Source: a virus (Duplodnaviria; Caudoviricetes). From it: a DNA stretch of 64,000 nucleotides. The stretch's first letter is position 1, and each line of letters begins with the position of its first letter. The stretch is taken from IMG/VR virus record IMGVR_UViG_3300010365_001248, positions 64,001 to 128,000 of that record. The stretch is one strand, 5' to 3'. The translations under genes were made by a program, and so were the position numbers. Below, one piece after another: positions 1 through 7,982 of the stretch. Under the pieces are notes generated by a model that was given only the letters and a program-made list of their open reading frames with translations, was not told the DNA's origin and made no database searches.

Positions 1-567
1 TGGATAGTTGATAATGGATATTTTGGTATTATTAAATTAGTTAGTATGGTGCACGATAAACATTTTGTTGTGGGTAAATAAGGTTAACTGCTGGGACATC
101 TTAAAGATATTTTCACTACAATTTATTCTGAAAAGATAGATGAAAGTTTAAAAAGAAAATATATTATTATTATAATGAATAGACAATCAGCAACGTATAA
201 CCTAAGTAATAAATTATTTATTATAAGGTTATATGCTCAGAGACTATCCGTCAATGGAGTAAGCTCCAAGAGGAGTTGAAAAGCCTTAATATAGATATTA
301 ATTCTTTATCTAGAAAAATGCTTTCTAGTAAATTAAAACAAATATCTATATAAGATATAGTCCGATCTTAATAGAAATATTAAGAGATATTACGGAATCG
401 GTAATATCGTAACACAAATGGAAATGTCCTGTGAATATCCTGATAAACCTGAATTTCAAGATTTTCCTAGAAGATTAGAAAATTTTATGATTGATGCAGG
501 TAAAGTTTTTGTTACTTCTTTAGATATGAAAGCAGTAGCAGAAGTAGGAAATCATTGGATCCACTAA
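1..567 (+). CDS. polA: DNA polymerase family A, C-terminal part (partial; exons 1-57 and 421-567)
   Basis: Joining 1-57 to 421-567 gives WIVDNGYFGIIKLVSMVHD|EMSCEYP...AEVGNHWIH*. This restores PolA motif C (VHDE) and the typical GxxW C-terminus. Stop TAA 565-567. Confidence 0.88.
58..420 (+). ncRNA. Group I self-splicing intron (IA2-like), no internal ORF
   Basis: Core elements P aactgctggga 86-96, Q aatcagca 185-192, R tcagagactat 237-247, S aagatatagtcc 352-363. P3 79-85/282-288 and P7 242-247/357-362. P1 pairs exon CACGAU with GUUGUG 67-72, with U.G at the splice site. P10 pairs CAUUUU 61-66 with 3' exon GAAAUG. Terminal G420. Confidence 0.93.
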
Positions 568-570
568 TAT

Positions 571-604
571 AAATGCCCTAAAATTAATCTTTTAGGGCAT
601 TTTT
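571..604 (+). terminator. Intrinsic terminator after polA
   Basis: Hairpin aaatgccctaaaa-ttaatc-ttttagggcattt followed by a T-rich tract. Confidence 0.8.
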
Positions 605-617
605 AATTTTATTTTAT

Positions 618-1559
618 ATGTTTTTTACTACAAATAATTTTAATAAAGTTTATACAACTTATAGTTCAAGTTGGGCTGCAAATGGAATAACAACTGGAAA
701 ATATATTTATGTTAATAAATGTGATTATGATATATTTTTAAAAAATCTTGTAAAACCGAAAGTTTCTTTAGATCCAGATAAAGATATTTTATGGATACAC
801 CCTTCTTGTGTATTACCTAGAACACAAGTTAGGACTAAATATAAAATTGCTTTAAAAAAAGAAAAAGCCACTGTTTTAGTTTATCCTGATGTAGCTGGAG
901 AATTATCTAGAAGATATACTAATGAATTTCAAACCTATATTAAAGATGATATATGCTGTTTGCTATATAGATCTTATGATAGGGATTTTGTTTTATTACC
1001 TGGTAATGAAAAATTATTAAAATCTGAATGTATTATTAGTAAACCTTTTAGATATTATGAATGTTGTCAAGAATTTGGTGAATTATGTCAGGATTTTTAT
1101 CAAAATGCTTCTTCAAAAAATTGGGTAAATGAAAGTGAAATTATAGATACTTTGGATTTACCTCCAATTTTACCTCAACATGTAGAGACTATAGTAAGTT
1201 TATTAAAATCTGATTCTAAACAATTAGCTTGGAAAATGTTATCAGAATTAAATTACAAAAGAGCTAGGAATTTTGTTAATCTTTTAATTCGTGATTTTGG
1301 TATAAATCGAATTAAAAAGAATGTATCTATTCAAGCTTTATTAGATTGTTGCCAGTCTTATAATTTAGAGGAATCTTCAGCTGAAGAAATTGACCTTATT
1401 TATCTTTACAAAAAAGAAAAACTTAAAAATGATTTTGAAGCTCATATAAATCGAATTAAAAATGAATTACATATTGATTTTAAATCTGAAATTAAATTAA
1501 CTTTTAATGCCTTAAATACAACTACTTCAATTATACTAGAAAATGAAAGCACAAATTAA
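618..1559 (+). CDS. Hypothetical phage protein (313 aa)
   Basis: Long uninterrupted ORF overlapping the thyX start; no motif recognised. Confidence 0.75.
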   Translation: MFFTTNNFNKVYTTYSSSWAANGITTGKYIYVNKCDYDIFLKNLVKPKVSLDPDKDILWIHPSCVLPRTQVRTKYKIALKKEKATVLVYPDVAGELSRRYTNEFQTYIKDDICCLLYRSYDRDFVLLPGNEKLLKSECIISKPFRYYECCQEFGELCQDFYQNASSKNWVNESEIIDTLDLPPILPQHVETIVSLLKSDSKQLAWKMLSELNYKRARNFVNLLIRDFGINRIKKNVSIQALLDCCQSYNLEESSAEEIDLIYLYKKEKLKNDFEAHINRIKNELHIDFKSEIKLTFNALNTTTSIILENESTN

Positions 1560-2328
1560 TGTTAAAGAATATAATAATGATTTTGGTTCTTTAGTAGCCA
1601 TTAAAAAATTTATTGAATTTTGTGGAAGACTTTGCTATAATAGTAGAGATAAAATAACTCCTAGTTCTTATGATACTTTTTATGATATGCTACTAAAAAG
1701 AGGTCATTTATCTCCACTAGCTCATGGCACAGTGTACTTAACTGTTTCTAATGATTCTAAATGGTTAGCTCAATATGATGAGTATATTCCAAAAGGAATT
1801 TGGAAAAGAAATCCTTGGATTCGAGTAAATCAAGACGCAGATCATCTATTTATAACTACAAATATGCGTTTTATTGAAACTTATAAATTACAAGATTGGC
1901 TACAATATATATCTAATCCTTGCTATATGCACACTTATAGATATACTTTTGAAATAGAAGCTCCTATATCTTGTACTAGAGAATTAAATAGACACGCTTA
2001 TTTACTTAATGGAATCTGTGAAAAATCTACTAGATATATTGATATGAGTGGTGATACTCCATATATTATTACAAAACCTGAAATTATGAAATATATGGAA
2101 ATGGCAACAACGTTTTATGATTTGGCTTTACTTGGTGGAGCTCAAAAACAAGAAGCCCGTGAAGTATTACCTTTAGGAACTATGTCTACGGCTATTTATA
2201 CAGCTTTTGAAGATGATTGGGAAGAAATTCTATCTAAAAGATCTTCTGATGCTGGTGCTCATGGACAACATCCAATGATTAATGAAGTTGCTAATTTAAT
2301 ATATAATTCTATAAAAGATAGAAAATAA
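1543..2328 (+). CDS. thyX: Flavin-dependent thymidylate synthase
   Basis: GRLCYNS, RGHLSPLAH, RELNRH...EKSTRY and AREVLPLGT motifs characteristic of ThyX. Confidence 0.88.
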   Translation: MKAQINVKEYNNDFGSLVAIKKFIEFCGRLCYNSRDKITPSSYDTFYDMLLKRGHLSPLAHGTVYLTVSNDSKWLAQYDEYIPKGIWKRNPWIRVNQDADHLFITTNMRFIETYKLQDWLQYISNPCYMHTYRYTFEIEAPISCTRELNRHAYLLNGICEKSTRYIDMSGDTPYIITKPEIMKYMEMATTFYDLALLGGAQKQEAREVLPLGTMSTAIYTAFEDDWEEILSKRSSDAGAHGQHPMINEVANLIYNSIKDRK

Positions 2329-2330
2329 AT

Positions 2331-2369
2331 ATAAATAGCCCTATTTGTTAATAGGGCTATTTATTTTTT
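2331..2369 (+). terminator. Intrinsic terminator after thyX
   Basis: Perfect 15-bp stem ataaatagccctatt/aatagggctatttat, 4-nt loop, T tract. Confidence 0.8.
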
Positions 2370-2413
2370 ATAATAAACAATATGATTGTAGCTATAATTT
2401 AATAACTACAACT

Positions 2414-2806
2414 ATGAAAAAATTAATATTTACTTTACTATTTATGTTTTCAATTTCTATAGCTCCAGCTATAGGAACTCATTACTATTATGAATGGCAA
2501 AAAGCCATAGGTATTCATCAAATTGAATTTGAAACTGACAAAGATTTAATAATTATTGATTTAGATAAAAATCAAATTATTACAGATTATACAACTTATG
2601 ATATAATAGAGCCTCCTACAAAATGGGCTTGGCATAAAAAATATAGAGAAAAATTTTGTATATTTTTATGTAATGATCAAAATTTTAATAAAGTCTTTGT
2701 TAAATTAATTAAATATACTAAAGATTTTTATATAATTAAAATAAATGATAATTCTTTAGATTATCCAATTAAATGTTATTATACTAAAAAGATATATCGT
2801 AAATGA
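2414..2806 (+). CDS. Putative exported protein with signal peptide
   Basis: ATG 2414 starts MKKLIFTLLFMFSISIAPA. The longer start at 2345 lies inside the terminator. Confidence 0.65.
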   Translation: MKKLIFTLLFMFSISIAPAIGTHYYYEWQKAIGIHQIEFETDKDLIIIDLDKNQIITDYTTYDIIEPPTKWAWHKKYREKFCIFLCNDQNFNKVFVKLIKYTKDFYIIKINDNSLDYPIKCYYTKKIYRK

Positions 2807-3150
2807 AAAAATTATTTATAACTTTATTTTCTTTAATATTATTTAGTTGTTCTGAAAATACTATTAATAAAACTCAATATTATCCAAAAATCAGAAAACC
2901 TATTATATTTAAAGATACTTTAATTTGTAAAGTAGTAAAAGATAGTTTTTCTATCTTTGCTACTAAAAATGAATGGTATTATCATACACAATATTATATA
3001 ATTATGTCAGATTCCTTTAATCAAGGTGATATAATTAGTTTAAAAAACAAAGATATATTTGTTATTGGTAAAATGGGATTAAAATATGGTAATATCTATC
3101 CTATTATTACTATTAAAGAAAAAGGGAATAGACGCAATATAGTTAATTAA
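2803..3150 (+). CDS. Putative lipoprotein
   Basis: MKKLFITLFSLILFSC: Bacteroidota-type signal peptide II with lipobox Cys; ATGA overlap with the previous gene. Confidence 0.7.
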   Translation: MKKLFITLFSLILFSCSENTINKTQYYPKIRKPIIFKDTLICKVVKDSFSIFATKNEWYYHTQYYIIMSDSFNQGDIISLKNKDIFVIGKMGLKYGNIYPIITIKEKGNRRNIVN

Positions 3151-3353
3151 TGTTTAAAAAAGGAGATTCCGCTATAATTTTTTATAAAGATTTAAAATTA
3201 GATATAACTATTAAATCGGTTAAAAAAGATACTTATATTATTTCTTTTAAAGATTATAGAAATTTAAAAAAGAAACTTGGAATAGGATTTATTCCTATTA
3301 CTAATGAAAAATTAGTAACTAAAAATTTATTACATTGGATATTAACGATATAG
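3150..3353 (+). CDS. Small hypothetical protein
   Basis: 67-aa ORF, TAATG coupling. Confidence 0.6.
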   Translation: MFKKGDSAIIFYKDLKLDITIKSVKKDTYIISFKDYRNLKKKLGIGFIPITNEKLVTKNLLHWILTI

Positions 3354-3547
3354 TAACTCTAGAAGAGTTAAAAAAAGAATTTAATAAACCTAATGTTATA
3401 GGTTCAGTTTTTGATACTAAAGATAATATCTGTTATGATCTAAAAGAAAATGTAACTTCTTCTAAAAAATTTTATTTAAGAAAAGTAGAAACTGCATTAA
3501 TTGTAGATACCTGGCTATATAATATTTTTATTGAACCTGTAGAATAA
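3335..3547 (+). CDS. Small hypothetical protein
   Basis: 70-aa ORF overlapping its neighbours in a tight operon. Confidence 0.6.
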   Translation: MDINDIVTLEELKKEFNKPNVIGSVFDTKDNICYDLKENVTSSKKFYLRKVETALIVDTWLYNIFIEPVE

Positions 3548-3708
3548 TGGATAAATGTCCTTTACAACAAACTTGTTTAATTCAATTAGTTCAAAAAGAA
3601 CACATTAGAAAATTAAATGAGAAATTAAAAGATATGCAAGCTCATATTGAACATTTAAATTTGACGCTTGATTATTTAATAACTAATTATAAAAATGATA
3701 AAAAATAA
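3547..3708 (+). CDS. Small coiled-coil hypothetical protein (53 aa; not in ORF track)
   Basis: TAATG coupling; MDKCPLQQTCLIQLVQKEHIRKLNEKLKDMQAHIEHLNLTLDYLITNYKNDKK*. Confidence 0.55.
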   Translation: MDKCPLQQTCLIQLVQKEHIRKLNEKLKDMQAHIEHLNLTLDYLITNYKNDKK

Positions 3709-5089
3709 AAATTTACATAAAGCTAAAAAAGAAAAAAATGATGAATTTTATACTCAACTGGCTGATATTGAAAGAGAATGTTATAAATATAAAGATCTTT
3801 TTCGGGATAAAGTTATTTACTGTAATTGTGATGATGCAAGGGAGAGTAATTTTTTCAGATACTTCTCTATGAATTTCGAGTTCTTTGGTTTGAAAAGACT
3901 TATTACAACTGGGTATAAAGCCAACGGACATGGAGTAGCTTTAATATATGAGGGAGATAAAAATGGAAATAGAGTTGTAGATGATGAGGAAATTCAGGTA
4001 GTCGAGTTAGAAGGTAATGGAGACTTTAGATCACCTGAGTGTATAGAGTTTTTAAAACAAGCTGATATCGTCGTTACCAACCCTCCCTTCTCCCTTTTCC
4101 GTGAATATGTGGGACTACTTATGGAATACAACAAGAAATTCCTAATTATAGGTAACTACAATGCTGTAACTTATAAAGAAATTTTTCCCCTTATAAAAAA
4201 CAATAAAATATGGTTAGGTATTCATTCAAATGTGACTATGGAATTTGCAATGCCTGATAGCTATCAAAAATATGATAGAATAGAAAATGGGGTAAAGATA
4301 GGTAAAGTTCCTTCAATTTGTTGGTTTACAAATTTACCTAACAAGAAACGAACTGAATCTTTGGATTTATATAAAAAGTATAATTCAAAAGAGTATCCGC
4401 AATACGACAATTACGACGCCATTAATGTAAACAAAGTGACTGACATTCCTATGGATTATGATGGTGTGATGGGTGTGCCTATCACTTTTCTGGACAAGTA
4501 TAATCCTAATCAATTTGAAATACTAAGTTCTAATGATTATCGAAAATCAGATTCTGTTCCATTCAAAGCACATGGACTTATAAAAGATAAAGATGGAGCG
4601 ATAAACGGCAAACCCACTTACGCCCGCATCCTCATTCGTCGCTTGATTATTTAATAACTAATTATAAAAATGATAAAAAATAAAAATTTACATAAAGCTA
4701 AAAAAGAAAAAAATGATGAGTTTTATACTCAACTAGCTGATATTGAAAGAGAATGTTATAAATATAAAGATCTTTTTAAAGATAAAATTATTTATTGTAA
4801 TTGCGATGATGCTAGAGAAAGTAATTTTTTTAAATACTTTTCAATGAATTTTGAATTTTTTGGATTGAAAAAACTCATTACAACTGGATATAAAGCTAAT
4901 GGACATGGAGTAGCTTTTATATATGAAGGAGATAAAAATGGGAATAAAGTTGTAGATGATGAAGAAATACAAGTAATTAATTTAGAAGGAGATGGAGATT
5001 TTAAATCCCCAGAATGTATAGAATTTCTAAAACAAGCGGATATTATTGTAACCAACCCACCCTTTAGCCTTTTCAGGGAGTATGTAGCC
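3665..5089 (+). repeat. Direct duplication of MTase upstream and 5' region (from 3665 and 4640, offset 975 bp)
   Basis: Both copies begin cgcttgattatttaataactaattataaaaATG and are identical for about 80 bp, then diverge mainly at synonymous sites. Confidence 0.9.
3695..4654 (+). CDS. Adenine-specific DNA methyltransferase, EcoRI family (copy 1, complete)
   Basis: KNDEFYT, IYCNCDD, GDFRSPEC, catalytic TNPPFSLFREY, CWFTNL, GVMGVPITFLDKYNP, YARILIRR. Confidence 0.9.
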   Translation: MIKNKNLHKAKKEKNDEFYTQLADIERECYKYKDLFRDKVIYCNCDDARESNFFRYFSMNFEFFGLKRLITTGYKANGHGVALIYEGDKNGNRVVDDEEIQVVELEGNGDFRSPECIEFLKQADIVVTNPPFSLFREYVGLLMEYNKKFLIIGNYNAVTYKEIFPLIKNNKIWLGIHSNVTMEFAMPDSYQKYDRIENGVKIGKVPSICWFTNLPNKKRTESLDLYKKYNSKEYPQYDNYDAINVNKVTDIPMDYDGVMGVPITFLDKYNPNQFEILSSNDYRKSDSVPFKAHGLIKDKDGAINGKPTYARILIRRLII

Positions 5090-5530
5090 TAGTTGATGAA
5101 ATATAATAAGAAATTTTTAATTATAGGATCTCAGAATGCTATTACATATAAAGAAATTTTTTCTTATATTAAAAATAATAAAATGTGGTTAGGAACTCAA
5201 TTAGTAAAAGAATTTATAACTCCATTAAAAACAATTACTGAAAAAACACAATATTGTAATGATCAAGGACAAATTATTCAAAAATTTGGAAATATTTGTT
5301 GGTTTACTAATTTACCTCATAATAAACGAAATGAAAGTATAGATTTATATAAAAAGTATAATAAAAATGATTATCCTACTTATGATAATTATGATGCAAT
5401 TGAAGTAAAAAAAGTTGCTGAAATTCCTATGGATTATGAAGTTGAAAGAATTGTAACAGAAGAGGAATTAAATAAACTTAATAAGTTAGGATTTACTATT
5501 GAAATACTTGAAGAATATGAAAACATATAA
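4670..5530 (+). CDS. EcoRI-family adenine methyltransferase copy 2, N-terminal subunit (one in-frame TAG at 5090-5092 read as Gln)
   Basis: ORFs 4670-5092 and 5093-5530 are contiguous and in frame. NPPFSLFREYVA(TAG)LMKY aligns with copy 1 NPPFSLFREYVGLLMEY. After IPMDY it ends in a novel tail and lacks the GVPITF C-terminus. Confidence 0.85.
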
Positions 5531-5726
5531 AATAAAAATTAAAAATCCTGCTATAGGAGTTCCTATTACATTTATGGACAAATATAACCCAGAACAATTT
5601 GAAATCATAGGAATGGGAGAAGATAATGGCATGGGACAATCAGGTGGAGTTTGGTTAGGAGGTTCAAAATCTTGTTTAGTGAATGGGAAAGCTGCATTTA
5701 AGCGTATTTTCATTCGTCATAAATAA
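5517..5726 (+). CDS. Stand-alone MTase C-terminal module A (69 aa)
   Basis: MKTYKIKIKNP-AIGVPITFMDKYNPEQFEII-variable-FKRIFIRHK*; homologous to the copy 1 C-terminus. Confidence 0.8.
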   Translation: MKTYKIKIKNPAIGVPITFMDKYNPEQFEIIGMGEDNGMGQSGGVWLGGSKSCLVNGKAAFKRIFIRHK

Positions 5727-5742
5727 CTAATAAAATATTATT

Positions 5743-5919
5743 ATGAAAACTTATAAAATAAAGATTAAAAATCCTGTGATGGGTGTGCCTATCACTTTTC
5801 TGGACAAGTATAATCCAGACCAGTTTGAGATCATTAGATTCAGAAAAGGGAATGATGATAAGGACTTGTCAATAAATGGTAAATGTCCATATTTCCGCAT
5901 CCTCATTCGTCGCAAATAA
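5743..5919 (+). CDS. Stand-alone MTase C-terminal module B (58 aa; not in ORF track)
   Basis: MKTYKIKIKNP-VMGVPITFLDKYNPDQFEII-RFRKGNDDKDLSINGKCP-YFRILIRRK*. Confidence 0.8.
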   Translation: MKTYKIKIKNPVMGVPITFLDKYNPDQFEIIRFRKGNDDKDLSINGKCPYFRILIRRK

Positions 5920-5936
5920 TTAATAAAAGCAGTAAT

Positions 5937-6416
5937 ATGAAAATAGAACTAGTAAAAACAAAGATATCAGAGTTATTTAGGGGTTACATAAATACTCAGG
6001 AAGATGGTGTAAAAGGTTATAACGGATTATTAAATATACGCCCACCATATCAGAGAGAATTTGTATATAAAGATAAGCAGAGAGATGCCGTAATAGAAAC
6101 AATAAATAAAGGCTTTCCACTTAATTCGATGTATTGGGTAAGAAATAGTGACGGAACGTTTGAATTACTCGATGGACAGCAAAGGACGTTATCTATTTGT
6201 TCTTACCTTAATGGAGAGTTCAGTATAGATGGAAAAGCTTGGCATAACTTATTTCCAGTAGAGCAGAATAAAATTAACGACTACGAATTAATGGTATATA
6301 TCTGTGAAGGAGATGAGGTAGAGAAGCTTGAATGGTTTAGAACAATTAATATCGCTGGAGAAAAGCTAACGGATCATCGAGAGAGTCATCAAGGAATATT
6401 TGGAGGCATAATCTAA
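5937..6416 (+). pseudogene. DUF262 (GmrSD/ParB-like) restriction-endonuclease gene, 3'-truncated
   Basis: IRPPYQREFVY, LLDGQQRT and WFRTINIAGEKLTD DUF262 motifs. The sequence switches to unrelated DNA at about 6376 and no C-terminal nuclease domain follows. Confidence 0.8.
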
Positions 6417-6435
6417 TATAAATATCCCGACGCGT

Positions 6436-7020
6436 ATGAAAATTGCACTGTTTTTCGGTTCATTCAATCCAGTCCATATCGGTCACGTCGCTTTGGCGAA
6501 TTATGTGGCTGAGTATGGAAATGTCGACAAGGTGATGATGATAGTGTCACCGTTGAATCCGTTGAAGGCAGGCAATACATTGCTTCCAAACGAAGTGAGA
6601 CTTAATATGCTTCGTAAGGCGGTGGAAGGGTACAGCAAGATTGAGGTTTCAGATGTTGAGTTTGGACTTCCAATTCCGTCGTACACATACGACACTTTGG
6701 AATATTTGAGACGAGAGCATCCTGAGCACGAATATATACTGCTGATGGGAGCCGACAATGTGGAGGTTTTCTCAAAGTGGCGTAACTATGATAAGATTCT
6801 TGAAAAGTATCACGTCATGGTATATCCACGTCGAGGATACACGGATGAACTGCCATATAATAATATGAGTAGAATCGAAACACCGATTATAGAAGTGTCG
6901 TCGACATTCATCAGAGAATCGGTGGAGAAGGGCAGAGACGTGAGGTTCTTTCTGCCTGGAGGCATCTACGACGATGTATGCAGAGAAGTAAGAAAAATGA
7001 AAAAAATTACAATAAAATGA
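6436..7020 (+). CDS. nadD: Nicotinate/nicotinamide mononucleotide adenylyltransferase
   Basis: FFGSFNPVHIGH (HxGH), SYTYDTL, LLMGADN, W116-like KWRNY, EVSSTFIR; full length; visibly more GC-rich than the phage backbone. Confidence 0.92.
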   Translation: MKIALFFGSFNPVHIGHVALANYVAEYGNVDKVMMIVSPLNPLKAGNTLLPNEVRLNMLRKAVEGYSKIEVSDVEFGLPIPSYTYDTLEYLRREHPEHEYILLMGADNVEVFSKWRNYDKILEKYHVMVYPRRGYTDELPYNNMSRIETPIIEVSSTFIRESVEKGRDVRFFLPGGIYDDVCREVRKMKKITIK

Positions 7021-7226
7021 AAGATAGAATTAGTGAACTTCTTGAAGAGGTTTCCAAGCTTTCAGCGGAGAATGCAGAGCAGTTGGAGGCACTTAGAATC
7101 AAGTATTTGAGCAAGAAAGGAGAGATTTCTTCGCTGTTCAATGATTTCAAGAATCAACAATTCCGCAATTTTCTATCTCCAACATCCGGGTTATGCGAGA
7201 ATCTAGAAGATTTAGTTGTGTTTTAA
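7017..7226 (+). pseudogene. pheS: Phenylalanyl-tRNA synthetase alpha subunit, N-terminal fragment (~46 codons) fused to unrelated sequence
   Basis: MKDRISELLEEVSKLSAENAEQLEALRIKYLSKKGEISSLFNDFKN matches the PheS N-terminal coiled coil (LExLRxxYLxKKG). Similarity stops at about 7154. ATGA-coupled to nadD. Confidence 0.75.
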
Positions 7227-7265
7227 TTAGAGTTTTAATTAGAGAATCTAGATCTAGATATCCCT

Positions 7266-7568
7266 ATCTATCCTAATCCTGCAACTGATGTTATCACTGT
7301 AACTAACGAGGGTGTTAACAGCGTGGCTGTTTACTCTGTAGCTGGTTCTTTGGTTGCTTCTTCTGAGTCTAACGTAGTTAGCGTAGCAAACTTGGTTAAG
7401 GGTATCTACGTTGTTGCGGCTAACACAGAGGCAGGTGTAATCACAGGTCAGATCATCAATAGAGGCTTTAATAAAACTATAGAAGAGTTGCAGAAAGAAC
7501 GAGCTCGGTTAATTGAGGAGCTTGATAAAATTGACGAAAATGGATGTATGGATACTATACTCAGATAA
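7266..7568 (+). pseudogene. T9SS (Por) type A C-terminal sorting domain fragment fused to a coiled-coil tail
   Basis: In-frame IYPNPATDVITV...VAVYSVAGSLV...LVKGIYVV matches the YPNP / YxxxG / LxxGxYxV signature. In-frame TAA at 7236 upstream and no ATG. Confidence 0.7.
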
Positions 7569-7646
7569 CATTACTAGGGATAGAATAGAGAAATTACAAC
7601 AAGATGAATTATAACTCAGGATTATTTATTTAAAAACTGAAAAACT

Positions 7647-7805
7647 ATGATAGTATTACTTTTAGCGATGTTTTTTGCAATTTGTTGTGGAATAGTTGCA
7701 AATAATAAAAATAGAAGCGTAGGTCTTGCTATATTTTGTGGATTTTTCTTTGGAATTTTTGCTTTGATAATTTATTTGCTGTTAGGAAAAAAAGAAAAAG
7801 AATAA
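7647..7805 (+). CDS. Small two-TM membrane protein (52 aa; not in ORF track)
   Basis: MIVLLLAMFFAICCGIVANNKNRSVGLAIFCGFFFGIFALIIYLLLGKKEKE*. Confidence 0.65.
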   Translation: MIVLLLAMFFAICCGIVANNKNRSVGLAIFCGFFFGIFALIIYLLLGKKEKE

Positions 7806-7982
7806 TGAAAAAAATTATTAAATTAATTATATTAATTTTATAATCATTCTAATAATTCTTCTTATGATTGCCCTTATAATTCATGAATATATTTAATAAT
7901 GATATTTGTCTTTTTAATAACAATTGCTCTGGGTATTCATATAATTAATTTATATTATAATATAATAAAGAAAAGAAATAAA

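Larger units (their letters stand above)
4465..5913 (+). repeat. Identical direct repeats flanking variable C-terminal MTase segments (42 bp: 4465-4506 = 5775-5816; 19 bp: 4624-4642 = 5895-5913)
   Basis: tgtgatgggtgtgcctatcacttttctggacaagtataatcc and ccgcatcctcattcgtcgc each occur twice, around unrelated interiors. Confidence 0.9.

Noticed and set aside
58-420. Homing endonuclease in the intron
   Set aside because: The intron is only 363 nt and has no ORF of adequate length.
5440-5550. Split intein at the MTase copy 2 break
   Set aside because: There is no Cys/Ser at the N-junction and no terminal His-Asn followed by Cys/Ser/Thr, and the segments are too short for a HINT fold.
3665-5919. 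Invertase-driven shufflon, DGR or CRISPR array
   Set aside because: The repeats are direct and coding. No recombinase, reverse transcriptase or cas gene was seen in the window, and there is no regular repeat-spacer periodicity or adenine-specific variation.
5883-5936. N-terminal extension of the DUF262 ORF given in the track
   Set aside because: It overlaps module B in another frame. ATG 5937 (MKIEL) is the more plausible start.
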